A stretch of 28,924 nucleotides of DNA from a bacterium (GTDB lineage Bacteria; Zhuqueibacterota; Zhuqueibacteria; Oceanimicrobiales; Oceanimicrobiaceae): the NCBI GenBank assembly GCA_046757525.1, contig JBHHYI010000037.1, positions 1 through 28,924 of the forward strand, written 5' to 3'. Position 1 is the first letter of the stretch; the number at the start of each line of letters is the position of its first letter. Below are positions 17,057-26,325 of this stretch, in pieces. The notes under the pieces were generated by a model. That model worked only from the letters and a program-made list of their open reading frames with translations. It did not search any database and was not told the DNA's origin. The translations under genes and the position numbers were made by a program.

Positions 17057-19360
17057 ATGAACCTCCCCCAACTCCTCGATCAGCTCAAAACCGATCCGGC
17101 CTTTACGGCCAACGTCACCACCTGGCAGGTGCTCGAGGCAAGAGAAGCGCAGTATGCCGACTTCCCCCTTGACTTAAACCCGGCGCTGATTGAGGCGATT
17201 AATCAGCGGGGGATTAAGCAGCTTTACTCGCACCAGGCTGAAAGCATTGGGCACCTCCTGGCAGGCAGAAACGTGGTGGTGGTGACCCCAACCGCCAGCG
17301 GCAAAACGCTGTGCTACAATCTACCGGTGCTCAACACCGTGCTCTCCGACCCACAAGCCAGGGCGCTCTACTTGTTTCCCACCAAAGCCCTGTCGCAAGA
17401 CCAGGTGGCCGAGTTGCACCAACTGGTGACGATTCTTGGGCACAAAATAGATTTCGACCTCAAGACCTACACCTTCGACGGCGACACGCCGGCGTCTGCC
17501 CGCAAAGCCATCCGCAGCTCCGGGCACATCGTGGTCACCAATCCGGACATGCTGCACCAGGGCATTTTGCCGCACCACACCAAGTGGGTGAAATTGTTCG
17601 AGAACTTGCGTTACGTGGTCATCGACGAGCTGCACAACTACCGCGGCATCTTTGGCAGCCACCTGGCCAACGTTCTACGTCGGCTGCGCCGCATCTGTGC
17701 GTTTTACGGTTCGCGACCCCAATTCATTTGCTGCTCGGCTACCATCGCCAATCCCAAAGAGCTGGCCGAGCAAATCACCGAGCAGCCGGTTGAGCTGGTG
17801 GACCGCAACGGCGCACCGCGAGGGAGGAAGCATTTTATTCTCTACAATCCGCCGGTGGTAAATCGGGAACTGGGTATTCGCAGGTCGTATGTCAAAGAAG
17901 CCCGCGCCATTGCCAAAAGATTCTTGCTGAACGATGTTCAGACCATCGTGTTTGCGCGCAGTCGTTTGCGGGTTGAGATTCTGGTGACTTATTTGAAGCA
18001 GATCATAAGAAAGGCCAAAAAATCGGCAGATCTCATTCGAGGCTATCGCGGCGGCTACTTGCCCACCGAACGCCGGGCCATCGAACGCGGTTTGCGCAGC
18101 GGAGAAGTGCTCGGTGTGGTGAGTACCAATGCCCTGGAGTTGGGCATCGACATCGGCCGACTGCAAGCAGCGGTGATGGCGGGTTACCCCGGCACCATTG
18201 CCAGCGCCTGGCAGCAAGCGGGACGGGCTGGCAGACGCGCTGAAGCCTCGGTGGCCATTCTGGTGGCCTCCAGCGCCCCCATCGACCAGTACATCGTCAA
18301 CCACCCCGATTATTTCTTCGCCAAAGCACCTGAGTCAGGCGTGGTGGACGCTGACAACCTGGTGATTCTGTTGGACCACATCAAATGCGCGGCCTTTGAA
18401 CTCCCGTTTAATGAAGATGAAAAGTTCGGGGTAGAGACCACGCGGGAAATCCTCGAATACCTGGAAGAAAACGGCGTGCTGCATTTTGTGCCCGCTTCCG
18501 AACATGAGGCTGGCGACACGGGCCGGGGCCGCTTCCACTGGATGACCGACGCCTATCCCGCCGAAGCCGTAAGCCTGCGCAGCGCCACCCCGGACAATGT
18601 GGTGATCATCGACACCACCAACGAAGAGCGCGTCATCGGGGAAGTCAATTTGTTGGACGCGCCCATGATGCTGCACGACGACGCCATCTACATTCACGAA
18701 AGCAAGCAGTACCACGTGGACAGGCTCGACTGGGAGCGCCAGAAAGCCTATGTGCACCAGGTGCAAGTGGATTACTACACCGACGCCCACACCGACACCA
18801 GCCTGCGGGTCCTGGACAAGTTCGAAGAAGCGGAAATCTCCGGCGGTCACAAGGGCTACGGCGAGGTCAACGTGCACTGGCAGACGACCAAGTACAAGAA
18901 GCTCAAGTTTGGCAGCCACGAAAACATCGGATTTGGCAAGGTGGAGCTGCCGGAAATGGAAATGCACACCACTTCTTACTGGTGGGAATTCAGCCAGGAC
19001 GTCGGGGACAAGCTGCAAATGAACGACGCCACCCTGGGGGACGGCCTGAAGGCGCTGGCCAACGCCCTGGCCACGGTCGCCGCCGTGTACATGATGTGTG
19101 ACCCCAAAGACCTGCGTGCCCTGCCCATGGTGCGCGCCCCCTTAACCCAGCGGCCGACCATTTACGTCTACGACAACCACGCCGGCGGCGTCGGCTTCAG
19201 TCGGAAACTCTTCCACCTGCACGATGAGCTAAAACAGGCGGCTCTCGAATTAATCGACGAGTGTGGCTGTGACAGCGGCTGTCCGTCCTGTGTTGGGCCG
19301 ACGTTGGAAGTCGGAGAAAAGGGCCAAGAGAGCGCCCTGGCGTTGTTGAATTTGGAATAG
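17057..19360 (+). CDS. DEAD/DEAH helicase with DUF1998 (MZB) domain, YprA/MrfA/SftH/Hrq1-like
   Basis: TPTASGKT, TNPDMLH, DELH.Y.G, SATIANP, TNALELGIDIG, QAGRAGRR; C-terminal MCD...CGCDSGCPSCVG. Confidence 0.95.
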   Translation: MNLPQLLDQLKTDPAFTANVTTWQVLEAREAQYADFPLDLNPALIEAINQRGIKQLYSHQAESIGHLLAGRNVVVVTPTASGKTLCYNLPVLNTVLSDPQARALYLFPTKALSQDQVAELHQLVTILGHKIDFDLKTYTFDGDTPASARKAIRSSGHIVVTNPDMLHQGILPHHTKWVKLFENLRYVVIDELHNYRGIFGSHLANVLRRLRRICAFYGSRPQFICCSATIANPKELAEQITEQPVELVDRNGAPRGRKHFILYNPPVVNRELGIRRSYVKEARAIAKRFLLNDVQTIVFARSRLRVEILVTYLKQIIRKAKKSADLIRGYRGGYLPTERRAIERGLRSGEVLGVVSTNALELGIDIGRLQAAVMAGYPGTIASAWQQAGRAGRRAEASVAILVASSAPIDQYIVNHPDYFFAKAPESGVVDADNLVILLDHIKCAAFELPFNEDEKFGVETTREILEYLEENGVLHFVPASEHEAGDTGRGRFHWMTDAYPAEAVSLRSATPDNVVIIDTTNEERVIGEVNLLDAPMMLHDDAIYIHESKQYHVDRLDWERQKAYVHQVQVDYYTDAHTDTSLRVLDKFEEAEISGGHKGYGEVNVHWQTTKYKKLKFGSHENIGFGKVELPEMEMHTTSYWWEFSQDVGDKLQMNDATLGDGLKALANALATVAAVYMMCDPKDLRALPMVRAPLTQRPTIYVYDNHAGGVGFSRKLFHLHDELKQAALELIDECGCDSGCPSCVGPTLEVGEKGQESALALLNLE

Positions 19361-19571
19361 GTAGAACAAGGATATTGCAATTAAACCTACATCCATTCCA
19401 TTAGGTTCTAAGCAGGCTTGCCATCGAAGGGGTTTCCGTTTACTGATTTCTCATCTTCAAAACTTAGACCGGCGCTGATTATTTTATCGCTTTAAAAAAG
19501 ATTATCTAATAGTCGGCATTTTTCCCCCAACCTGGGTATCCATTACAGATAGTTCAAGGGGTTTTATTAAG

Positions 19572-19707
19572 ACGACATGTTTGAGCGGTGGAGGGCTTAT
19601 TAGCACCTAATGTACCCGACAAAACCTTCGGCTCGTTTCTCAAGGCGTTTCGTTATCTCCTTCTTGGTTTCAGGTTCCTGAGGGTTTGATACAACTCCTG
19701 TTAGCCG
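19572..19707 (-). other. Degenerate attC-like site
   Basis: 19572-19606 is 31/35 identical to 22382-22416; GGCTAAC (R''-like, minus strand) at 19700-19706; R' is degenerate and the arms do not pair well. Confidence 0.4.
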
Positions 19708-19900
19708 GAAAAATAGAAGAACCCGACCAGAAACTTTGGCTCCTGGCTGTGTTCGATAAGCTGTCCCAGGCGCTTTATTGGTGTCTTTGTGCTGGTGTTG
19801 GTGATGAAGGCTTTGTGCTGCATAATCTGAGTTTTATCCTAACAGCGGCAAATTATCCCATTTGGTCGTAAGTGACGGCGCGAGTATGTCGTGAGTTGTG

Positions 19901-20956
19901 TCATAAGTTTGTCGCAAGTTTTGGATCCTTTAAATGATAAACCAAACGATTAGTCGCTCCTTCTGCTTTGATGATCCCTTTCTGAATCAACGCGCTTAGA
20001 TCCCGTTGTAAAGTACGACGATTGACATCGGCGCAAATAGCCTCAAAATCCGTTATTTGCATTTGACCGTGTTCAATCAGGTAACCCAGTGCAAGGGCCT
20101 GTCTGCTTGAAAGCTGACATTTTTTTGCCAGCACGTCTCTTTTAATAACCTGTTCTCCTCGCTGCCTTACTTCGCGCATCTGCACACAGAGGCCTTCTAC
20201 GAAATATTCCAGCCACCGGGTCATCTTCATTCCTGAATTTCGCACGCTTTGGATTGCTTCATAGTAACGCCTTCGGTCCCGATCGTAATACTCACTGATT
20301 GTAAAAAGCTGCTTAAAATCATAGCCACCTTGATACAGGCAGAGTGTAGAAAGAAGACGCGCCGTGCGGCCATTACCATCCACGAAAGGGTGATCGTGCA
20401 CCAGTTGAAACTGCGCGATGCCGCTGACCAAAACAGGATGAGCTTCCCTTTCGGAGTTGAGCCACTCGACCAGTTCTGCCATTAAGTGCGGAACCTCCTG
20501 GGACGGTGGCGGTGTGTAAATCGTTTCTCCGGTAGCGGAATTGACTACGTAGTTCTGGATCAGACGGTATTTTCCCGGCTGCGCCTGCTCGCCGCGCACC
20601 CCGGCTACTAACCGCTTGTGAATTTCTCGGATGAGTCCCTCGGTGATCGGTTCGCCGCTGTTCAAATACTCTGCCACCAAATCAAATGCCTTCCGGTAAT
20701 TCAGCAGCTCTCTGGCGTCTTGAGGGTCGGCATCAACAACCTCTTCGCCTTTCCACAGACGTTCCGCTTGTTCCAGTGTCAGACGTGTGCCTTCGATATG
20801 GGTGGTATGATGCGCCTCCAGAAGTACGGCGCGTGCGCTCATTTCCCGAATCCATTCCTCGGAAAGCGCTGCCGCTTCCAGAAATCCGCGTGCTCGCTCA
20901 ATCTGGGTTAGCAGATTGGCAATTTGATTTGTGATGTTAAATTTTGGTGCAAACAT
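19901..20956 (-). CDS. Fic family protein with C-terminal winged HTH
   Basis: [12 protein letters not shown] catalytic motif; TTHIEG inhibitory-helix motif; [13 protein letters not shown]. Confidence 0.93.
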   Translation of the reverse strand: MFAPKFNITNQIANLLTQIERARGFLEAAALSEEWIREMSARAVLLEAHHTTHIEGTRLTLEQAERLWKGEEVVDADPQDARELLNYRKAFDLVAEYLNSGEPITEGLIREIHKRLVAGVRGEQAQPGKYRLIQNYVVNSATGETIYTPPPSQEVPHLMAELVEWLNSEREAHPVLVSGIAQFQLVHDHPFVDGNGRTARLLSTLCLYQGGYDFKQLFTISEYYDRDRRRYYEAIQSVRNSGMKMTRWLEYFVEGLCVQMREVRQRGEQVIKRDVLAKKCQLSSRQALALGYLIEHGQMQITDFEAICADVNRRTLQRDLSALIQKGIIKAEGATNRLVYHLKDPKLATNL

Positions 20957-21025
20957 GATTAAATGTCAAATTAGAAAGTCAGACCTCACAATTAAACGGA
21001 TTCTGCTTATGAAATCCGGTTCCAG

Positions 21026-21160
21026 GTTCTCCTGGCAGTACTTTAAACTCTCAATGATAATTTCAAAATACTTGATTTCTTTGAAGACTGGCAGCCACTC
21101 AAGAATGGTATGCGTGGTAAAATAAATGCCGTCTTTATCAACGATACTATACCGAGCCAT
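21026..21160 (-). pseudogene. Truncated REP-associated tyrosine transposase (RAYT/Y1) N-terminus
   Basis: MARYSI..KDGIYFTTHTILEWLPVFKE.KYFEIIIESLKYCQEN resembles RAYT N-termini; the similarity ends before the expected VIMxNHxH (HUH) motif and the frame stops at 20966. Confidence 0.75.
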
Positions 21161-21243
21161 CGAACGTCTTTATATCTCAAGTGAATGATTATGGCCATAC
21201 TGTTTTCGACCATTAAGGGATGCAATCCCTAATTCAACTATTC

Positions 21244-21317
21244 CCCTTCGACAGGCTCAGGAAGGGCGCAGGGGATTCCCTGGTGGGTTGAGCACGGGGG
21301 TTAAATCCCCTGCGAGC
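21244..21317. repeat. REP-like palindromes upstream of the RAYT remnant
   Basis: CCCTTCGACAGGCTCAGG (21244-21261); 11-bp inverted repeat CGCAGGGGATT (21267-21277)/AATCCCCTGCG (21304-21314). Confidence 0.7.
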
Positions 21318-21349
21318 GTGGCAGTGAGACCATCCACGTGAGAATGTGC

Positions 21350-21610
21350 TTACGCGCCACAGCACTTTTTATACTTCTTTCCACTACCGCAGGGGCAAGG
21401 TTCATTTCGACCTGTCTTCTCATCAACTCGCTTCGGCGCCGGCAGGTTCAGCAACCGTTCCAAATCCGAGATGTCCTCAGGCTTGTCAGGCTCAAACCCG
21501 ATGATATATTTCCAACCATGTTTCTCAAATATTGATGCGATTTCTCCCATTCTTTCCTCTGTCTGCACCCGTACCACAGCAGGTTTTTTGTCGGTGCCTA
21601 ATTTTGCCAT
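21350..21610 (-). CDS. SEC-C metal-binding motif protein (PBPRA1643-like)
   Basis: [15 protein letters not shown]...[12 protein letters not shown]-terminal [27 protein letters not shown]. Confidence 0.88.
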   Translation of the reverse strand: MAKLGTDKKPAVVRVQTEERMGEIASIFEKHGWKYIIGFEPDKPEDISDLERLLNLPAPKRVDEKTGRNEPCPCGSGKKYKKCCGA

Positions 21611-21684
21611 ATTCGTTCCTCCATCAATTTTGAAAAGTTCCTCGAGAAATGAGTCAGGTCCTTAAGGCATAATCGGGCGATTCT

Positions 21685-22233
21685 TTAATCAAAATCAAAT
21701 AAGTCATCTTCATAGAAATCATCATTATGCCATAACTCACTTTTCAGTCTCTCATAAACGTTGAAAACAATTGGACAAATCGAATAATTATTTACCACTC
21801 CCCAAAGCCGAAAGACAAACTCATCTTTGTGTAAGTGAGGATAAGATGCGCATGCCTTTGGACGACACTCATAATTCAAGCACATGTTGTTTTCAAGAAA
21901 CGGACAAGGTAGAGCATTGAATGTATATTCTGATGGGTCATCTGCATCCTGGATCAAATACTTTTCCCGGAATTCACCGATTGATATTTTTAAACCGGAA
22001 GCAAACTTCGATACATCATCCTTATCTAAAGTAGGTTTCACATGTTTACAGCAATTCCCACATTCCGTGCAGTCTATCTGAGCGATTACTTCATCATTAA
22101 TCCGATGGACAATAGCGTCTAATTCCTCAATTTCAATATCGAGCTGCTTCAGGAAGCCACGGAACTTCCAGTTCTCTTTTTCCTTTTCCTCGGCCATTCT
22201 TTCAATGGCTTTCAGGTCTGTCTCAATTTCCAT
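21685..22233 (-). CDS. YkgJ family cysteine-cluster (CxxCxxCC) protein
   Basis: DCTECGNCC, CPFL..N.C..YE.RPKAC..YP, CPIV. Confidence 0.88.
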   Translation of the reverse strand: MEIETDLKAIERMAEEKEKENWKFRGFLKQLDIEIEELDAIVHRINDEVIAQIDCTECGNCCKHVKPTLDKDDVSKFASGLKISIGEFREKYLIQDADDPSEYTFNALPCPFLENNMCLNYECRPKACASYPHLHKDEFVFRLWGVVNNYSICPIVFNVYERLKSELWHNDDFYEDDLFDFD

Positions 22234-22376
22234 TAGGAAGTCCCAAAGGGGGATTTTTTGTAAATTCTAACGATTTCGCAGAATCGGTTACACCAGCATC
22301 GAACTGATCTAAAATTGCAAAACTGAATGGCTTAAGTCTTACCCAGATTAAAAATCACGCCTCTTCGGTGCAATCC

Positions 22377-22506
22377 GGCTAACGACATGTTTGAGCGATA
22401 GTGGGTTTATTAGCACGAAACTTAATAAGTGAGACTGGGCCTTGAAAACCCACAAAAGTAGCCCAGAGCGCACGAGCCCACCATCCGCTCCAAAAAATTT
22501 TTAGCC
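22377..22506 (-). other. attC-like integron recombination site
   Basis: Minus strand: R'' GGCTAAa, 5 nt, L'' TTTGGAGC (8 nt), variable terminal region, L' GCTCAAA (7 nt), 6 nt, R' GTTAGCC. Canonical spacing with one extra base in L''. Confidence 0.65.
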
Positions 22507-22589
22507 GTAATTATTTGATATTGTAAGAGTTGTGCTTTCTGAGCTGACTTCTGGAAATAAAGACATTTCCCATAGACTGGCCCAGGGCT

Positions 22590-22751
22590 CTACACTCTCT
22601 CTTTAATTCGGATGCTGTATTTTTCTCGGATTTGCGCCAAGTCTTCATCTTCAGAGGCAGGATTTTCCAAATACCTTTCTGATAATTTGTCCCTTATCTC
22701 TCTCATCATGGCTACAGCATCAAACTTCTTTTTTGTCTTGTTAGCTTTCAT
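22590..22751 (-). CDS. Unannotated 53-aa protein downstream of the PIN gene (putative antitoxin)
   Basis: MKANKTKKKFDAVAMMREIRDKLSERYLENPASEDEDLAQIREKYSIRIKERV; ATG at 22751 overlaps the PIN 3' end; TAG at 22590-22592. Confidence 0.75.
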   Translation of the reverse strand: MKANKTKKKFDAVAMMREIRDKLSERYLENPASEDEDLAQIREKYSIRIKERV

Positions 22752-23199
22752 CAATAATTTCCCTCGGTGACCTTATTTCAAGCAGGGCGTATCCATACTT
22801 AAGATTTGTAGCATTATAAAGTTGAATTCTTCTAAGATTTACGATATGTCTGAAATTCCAACTTACTAACACATCGACTCGATTGATGGTTGCAATTGCA
22901 ATATGTTGGGCATCAACTAGAAATTTTTGAGGTATGGCCTCTTCTTCGATATATTTTAGAGCCAAAAACTTTGCTTGTTCCTCAAGAGTTACAAATTCGA
23001 TGAATTCTGTTGGTATTGATTGGTGCAAATCTCTGACTTGTTTGGGTGCATTTTCTAATTCTTGAAGTGTTAAGTCGGAAAGAATTAAAACCTTGCGACC
23101 TGTCTTGAATTGTTCAATTAGTTGAGTGGAATGCTCAGTAAACTCATCATCGAAATAACCGCCAAAAACCGAAGTATCGATATAGACTCTCGTTTTCAT
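22741..23199 (-). CDS. PIN-domain protein (VapC-like)
   Basis: RVYIDTSVFGGYFD.EF, T..EL, DAQHIAIAT, VLVSWNFRHIVN, IRSPRE. Confidence 0.9.
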   Translation of the reverse strand: MKTRVYIDTSVFGGYFDDEFTEHSTQLIEQFKTGRKVLILSDLTLQELENAPKQVRDLHQSIPTEFIEFVTLEEQAKFLALKYIEEEAIPQKFLVDAQHIAIATINRVDVLVSWNFRHIVNLRRIQLYNATNLKYGYALLEIRSPREIIDES

Positions 23200-23693
23200 C
23201 AAATTAGCCTTGTATTCTCAGATTTCATCAAACTACGAGCGTTATCTTTTTTAAAAAGGATTGTTCTCTTCAACTTTACGTGGAAAATAAATTTTCCGAC
23301 TTTTACAGTATTAGTTGTACGCATTTACCATACTGTCGTTTTTTCTTTATGGCTTTATGTGGCCAACCAGCGATTGTACAGCCCCCGGATAACACAAATC
23401 AACATAATAAATGTCAAATCAAAAATCAATCGAAATTAGTGCATGACAAGCACATGAAATTCAACTTACTCTCTTTACCATTTCCTGCAAATTTCTTCTC
23501 AATTCGGTGTCCAATTTCCAAAGCCGGGTTTAAAACTCTCATTGAAGCCCATGATCTCGATTCCGTTTGAGATGCAAACACCACTCGAATTCCGGTTTGA
23601 TCTCATAAATCTATTGAAATTCACAACCATTTTTTTTATGTTGAAGATAATCGTCCGTCGAGGCGATTGGGTAACAACATTAAAAGGTAACCT

Positions 23694-24206
23694 ATGACAT
23701 CCTTCAAATCCTTATTGGAAGAAACCCTGGACGCCTGGGAAAACGCCCGGCAAGGGGTTATTAAAGAAGTCGAAAACATTCCGGCGGACAAATTCGATTT
23801 CAGGCCGACGCCGGAAGTTCGCAGCGTAAAAGAGCAAGTGGTGCACATTCTGGAAGTGGCCATGATGATGACCGGTGAGCTCACGCGGTCAGATACGAAT
23901 TTTCGCCGAGCACCCTGGCCCGAGCTGCTGAAAATGTATGCCTCCCAAGCTTACCAGGCGGCCACCAGGGAGGCCTTGCTGGCTTTGTTGCAATCGCAAT
24001 TGCAGGATGGAATGCGTAAGTTTCAGGCAGCCGGGGAGCTGCACATGCTGCAATTCATCGAGCGTTTTGACGGTGAGCCTGGCACACGTCTGGCGTGGCT
24101 GCAGCACGGCATCGCCCAGGAAATGTACCACCGGGGACAGTTGACTCTGTACGCGCGCCTGCTGGGCCTCGAACCGGCTTTGACCCGGAAGATCCGGGGT
24201 GGGTGA
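23694..24206 (+). CDS. DinB/YfiT family protein
   Basis: FRPTPEVRS..EQVVHI; HGIAQEMYHRGQL..Y.R.LG.EP. Confidence 0.88.
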   Translation: MTSFKSLLEETLDAWENARQGVIKEVENIPADKFDFRPTPEVRSVKEQVVHILEVAMMMTGELTRSDTNFRRAPWPELLKMYASQAYQAATREALLALLQSQLQDGMRKFQAAGELHMLQFIERFDGEPGTRLAWLQHGIAQEMYHRGQLTLYARLLGLEPALTRKIRGG

Positions 24207-24208
24207 AA

Positions 24209-26299
24209 ATGCATCGCTCCATCCAAAACGTTCGCCGTACGTTTAGAAAACACCAGATTCGTGTGGGCCGAGTTTTGGCCGGGTTAGGGCTGCCAGAATA
24301 TACGATTTTGACCTTTTTCTCAGTCTTGCTGGGCATCTCTGCCGGATTTGCCGGTGTCGGGATTCATGAAGTCATCGAATTGATATCCCACGTTTCGTTC
24401 AAGAAAGTTCTGGGCGGTCCATTCCCGAGGATGCTCCTTTTTGTGATTCCCGTGGTTGGAATGCTGCTGCAAAGCCTCATGAAGAAGCTGGCGCCTAAAC
24501 AGGCTGCTCAAAGGGGAATCATTGAGATCATAAAATCGGTGGGCATGCGCAACGGCCGCATGCCTTTCCGAACCACTTTATTCCAGTTTATCGCACCGGC
24601 TATCTGCATTGGCACTGGAGGCACCGTAGGGCCTGAAGCGCCAGCGGCCCAGTCGGGTGCCGGCATCGTAGCCACCCTGGGGCGGATCATGGGCCTCTCC
24701 GAATCGAGACAGCGCATCTTTACTGCGGCCGGGGCTGGGGCCGCCATTGCGGCAGTTTTCAACACGCCCTTGGCCGGCGTGTTCTTCGCCATTGAGGTCG
24801 TCCTGCTCAACGATTATCGTGTTTCGGCCCTGAGCGTATTTTTATTGGCCTCCGTTTCTGCAAGCGCTGTTTCCAGAATCATCCTGGGAAACGAGCCCAG
24901 ATTTATTTTCAGTCCGGTGGCTATTGGTTCCTACCGCTTGTTTGTGTTCTATCTGGTCATGGGTATCGGTGCTGGCTTGCTCGCCGTTGCATTCATCCGC
25001 AGCCACGAAGCGATCAAGAGAAGCTGCAACGAAATGTACCAGAAGATTCCGAATTTCGTTGGCATGGCCCTGGTAGGCCTTTTGATGGGCATGGCCGGAT
25101 ATTGGGTGCCGTTGATTTTTGGTGTGGGCTATGATGCCATGAATCAAATCCTGGCAAACTCCTTGTCGATGCAAACGGTCCTTATTTTACTGCTGCTAAA
25201 ATTTTTTCTGGTTCTGTTGATTCTGGGCGTTGGGGGTTTCGGCGGCGTGTATGCCCCTTCTCTTTTCTTGGGGGCTTGTTTTGGCCACCTTTTCGCAGCG
25301 GGCATGTCGCACCTGTTTGGCTTCTCTCTGGACTTGACGACTTACACCTTAGTCGGCATGGGCGCCATGTTAGCGGCCATCAATTCCGTGCCTTTGACTG
25401 CCATCATGATGCTTTTCGAGATGACCAACGATTACCATTTCATTCTGCCGTTGATGGTGGGCATCGTCGGCAGCACTTTGGTAGTGCAAATGCTTCTCAA
25501 AGGCTCAATCTATGGCAGGGAATTGCAGCGTCAGGGCTACCAGTACTCACTGGGAAGGGACACGCGCATTCTGAAAACTATTCGAGTCGGGGATGTGTTT
25601 CGGCAGGATATCTTGACAGTGCCGGAAAACCTAACCTTGGTCGAATTGATTCACAATTGCCTGGATCATCCTCACGACACCATTTACACCGTGGACCGAC
25701 ATGGAAAGTTAAACGGCGTGATCCTCTCCAGCAATCTGCGGCAGTTAATCACCGAATATCAGAATTTGAAAGAAATGGTTATCGCCAAGGATCTGGCAGA
25801 ACCAGGGATTACGACCTTAAAAGAGACCGACGATTTAGATTACGCTATGCGCATTTTCGGCAAACGAAGGGTTGAAGAGGTGCCTGTGGTCAGTTCAAAA
25901 GCAAGCACAAAGATTTTGGGGACCCTCCATTACCAGGACGTTCTCAATGCTTACAACAACGCCCGGGTAAGGTTGAATTTGACCGACGGGTTGGCCGACG
26001 ATATGAAGTCCATCGAACAAAATGAAATCCAGGAAGTTCTACCAGGCTTATCCATTTTTGACCTCGAGGTACCCAAAGAGTTTGTCAACAAAACGATCAA
26101 GGAGTTGCGTCTACGAAACCGGTTTGGGGTCGATGTATTGATGATAGAAAAAGATGGCGATCCCTTTGACGCCCAGACCCAGGAGCTGAAAAGGGTCTTT
26201 CCAAGCTTGAACTACCGGTTTAAACCAGGAGATAGGATCATCGTGTTTGGCAAGAAAGAACAGATTGAATCGATCAAGGAATATTCAAATCGTGCTTGA
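24209..26299 (+). CDS. ClC chloride channel/antiporter with CBS pair and C-terminal TrkA_C (RCK_C) domain
   Basis: GPEAP, FNTPLAGVFFAIE, GGVYAPSL, EMTNDY, SIY; CBS repeats; GVDVLMIEK...GDRIIVFG; likely start ATG at 24209. Confidence 0.93.
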   Translation: MHRSIQNVRRTFRKHQIRVGRVLAGLGLPEYTILTFFSVLLGISAGFAGVGIHEVIELISHVSFKKVLGGPFPRMLLFVIPVVGMLLQSLMKKLAPKQAAQRGIIEIIKSVGMRNGRMPFRTTLFQFIAPAICIGTGGTVGPEAPAAQSGAGIVATLGRIMGLSESRQRIFTAAGAGAAIAAVFNTPLAGVFFAIEVVLLNDYRVSALSVFLLASVSASAVSRIILGNEPRFIFSPVAIGSYRLFVFYLVMGIGAGLLAVAFIRSHEAIKRSCNEMYQKIPNFVGMALVGLLMGMAGYWVPLIFGVGYDAMNQILANSLSMQTVLILLLLKFFLVLLILGVGGFGGVYAPSLFLGACFGHLFAAGMSHLFGFSLDLTTYTLVGMGAMLAAINSVPLTAIMMLFEMTNDYHFILPLMVGIVGSTLVVQMLLKGSIYGRELQRQGYQYSLGRDTRILKTIRVGDVFRQDILTVPENLTLVELIHNCLDHPHDTIYTVDRHGKLNGVILSSNLRQLITEYQNLKEMVIAKDLAEPGITTLKETDDLDYAMRIFGKRRVEEVPVVSSKASTKILGTLHYQDVLNAYNNARVRLNLTDGLADDMKSIEQNEIQEVLPGLSIFDLEVPKEFVNKTIKELRLRNRFGVDVLMIEKDGDPFDAQTQELKRVFPSLNYRFKPGDRIIVFGKKEQIESIKEYSNRA

Positions 26300-26325
26300 A
26301 AGAGCGAAAGGAGCGAGATAGCCTT

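Noticed and set aside
17311..19161. Long alternative-frame and antisense ORFs inside the helicase (similar ones lie inside other genes)
   Set aside because: Shadow ORFs from GC-rich codon bias, with no recognisable motifs.
17057..19360. DISARM/Druantia-type defence system
   Set aside because: No methylase, phospholipase D or other partner genes; the architecture fits a stand-alone repair helicase.
19380..19900. Protein-coding gene or transposase remnant after the helicase
   Set aside because: Only short interrupted frames; no family can be supported by eye.
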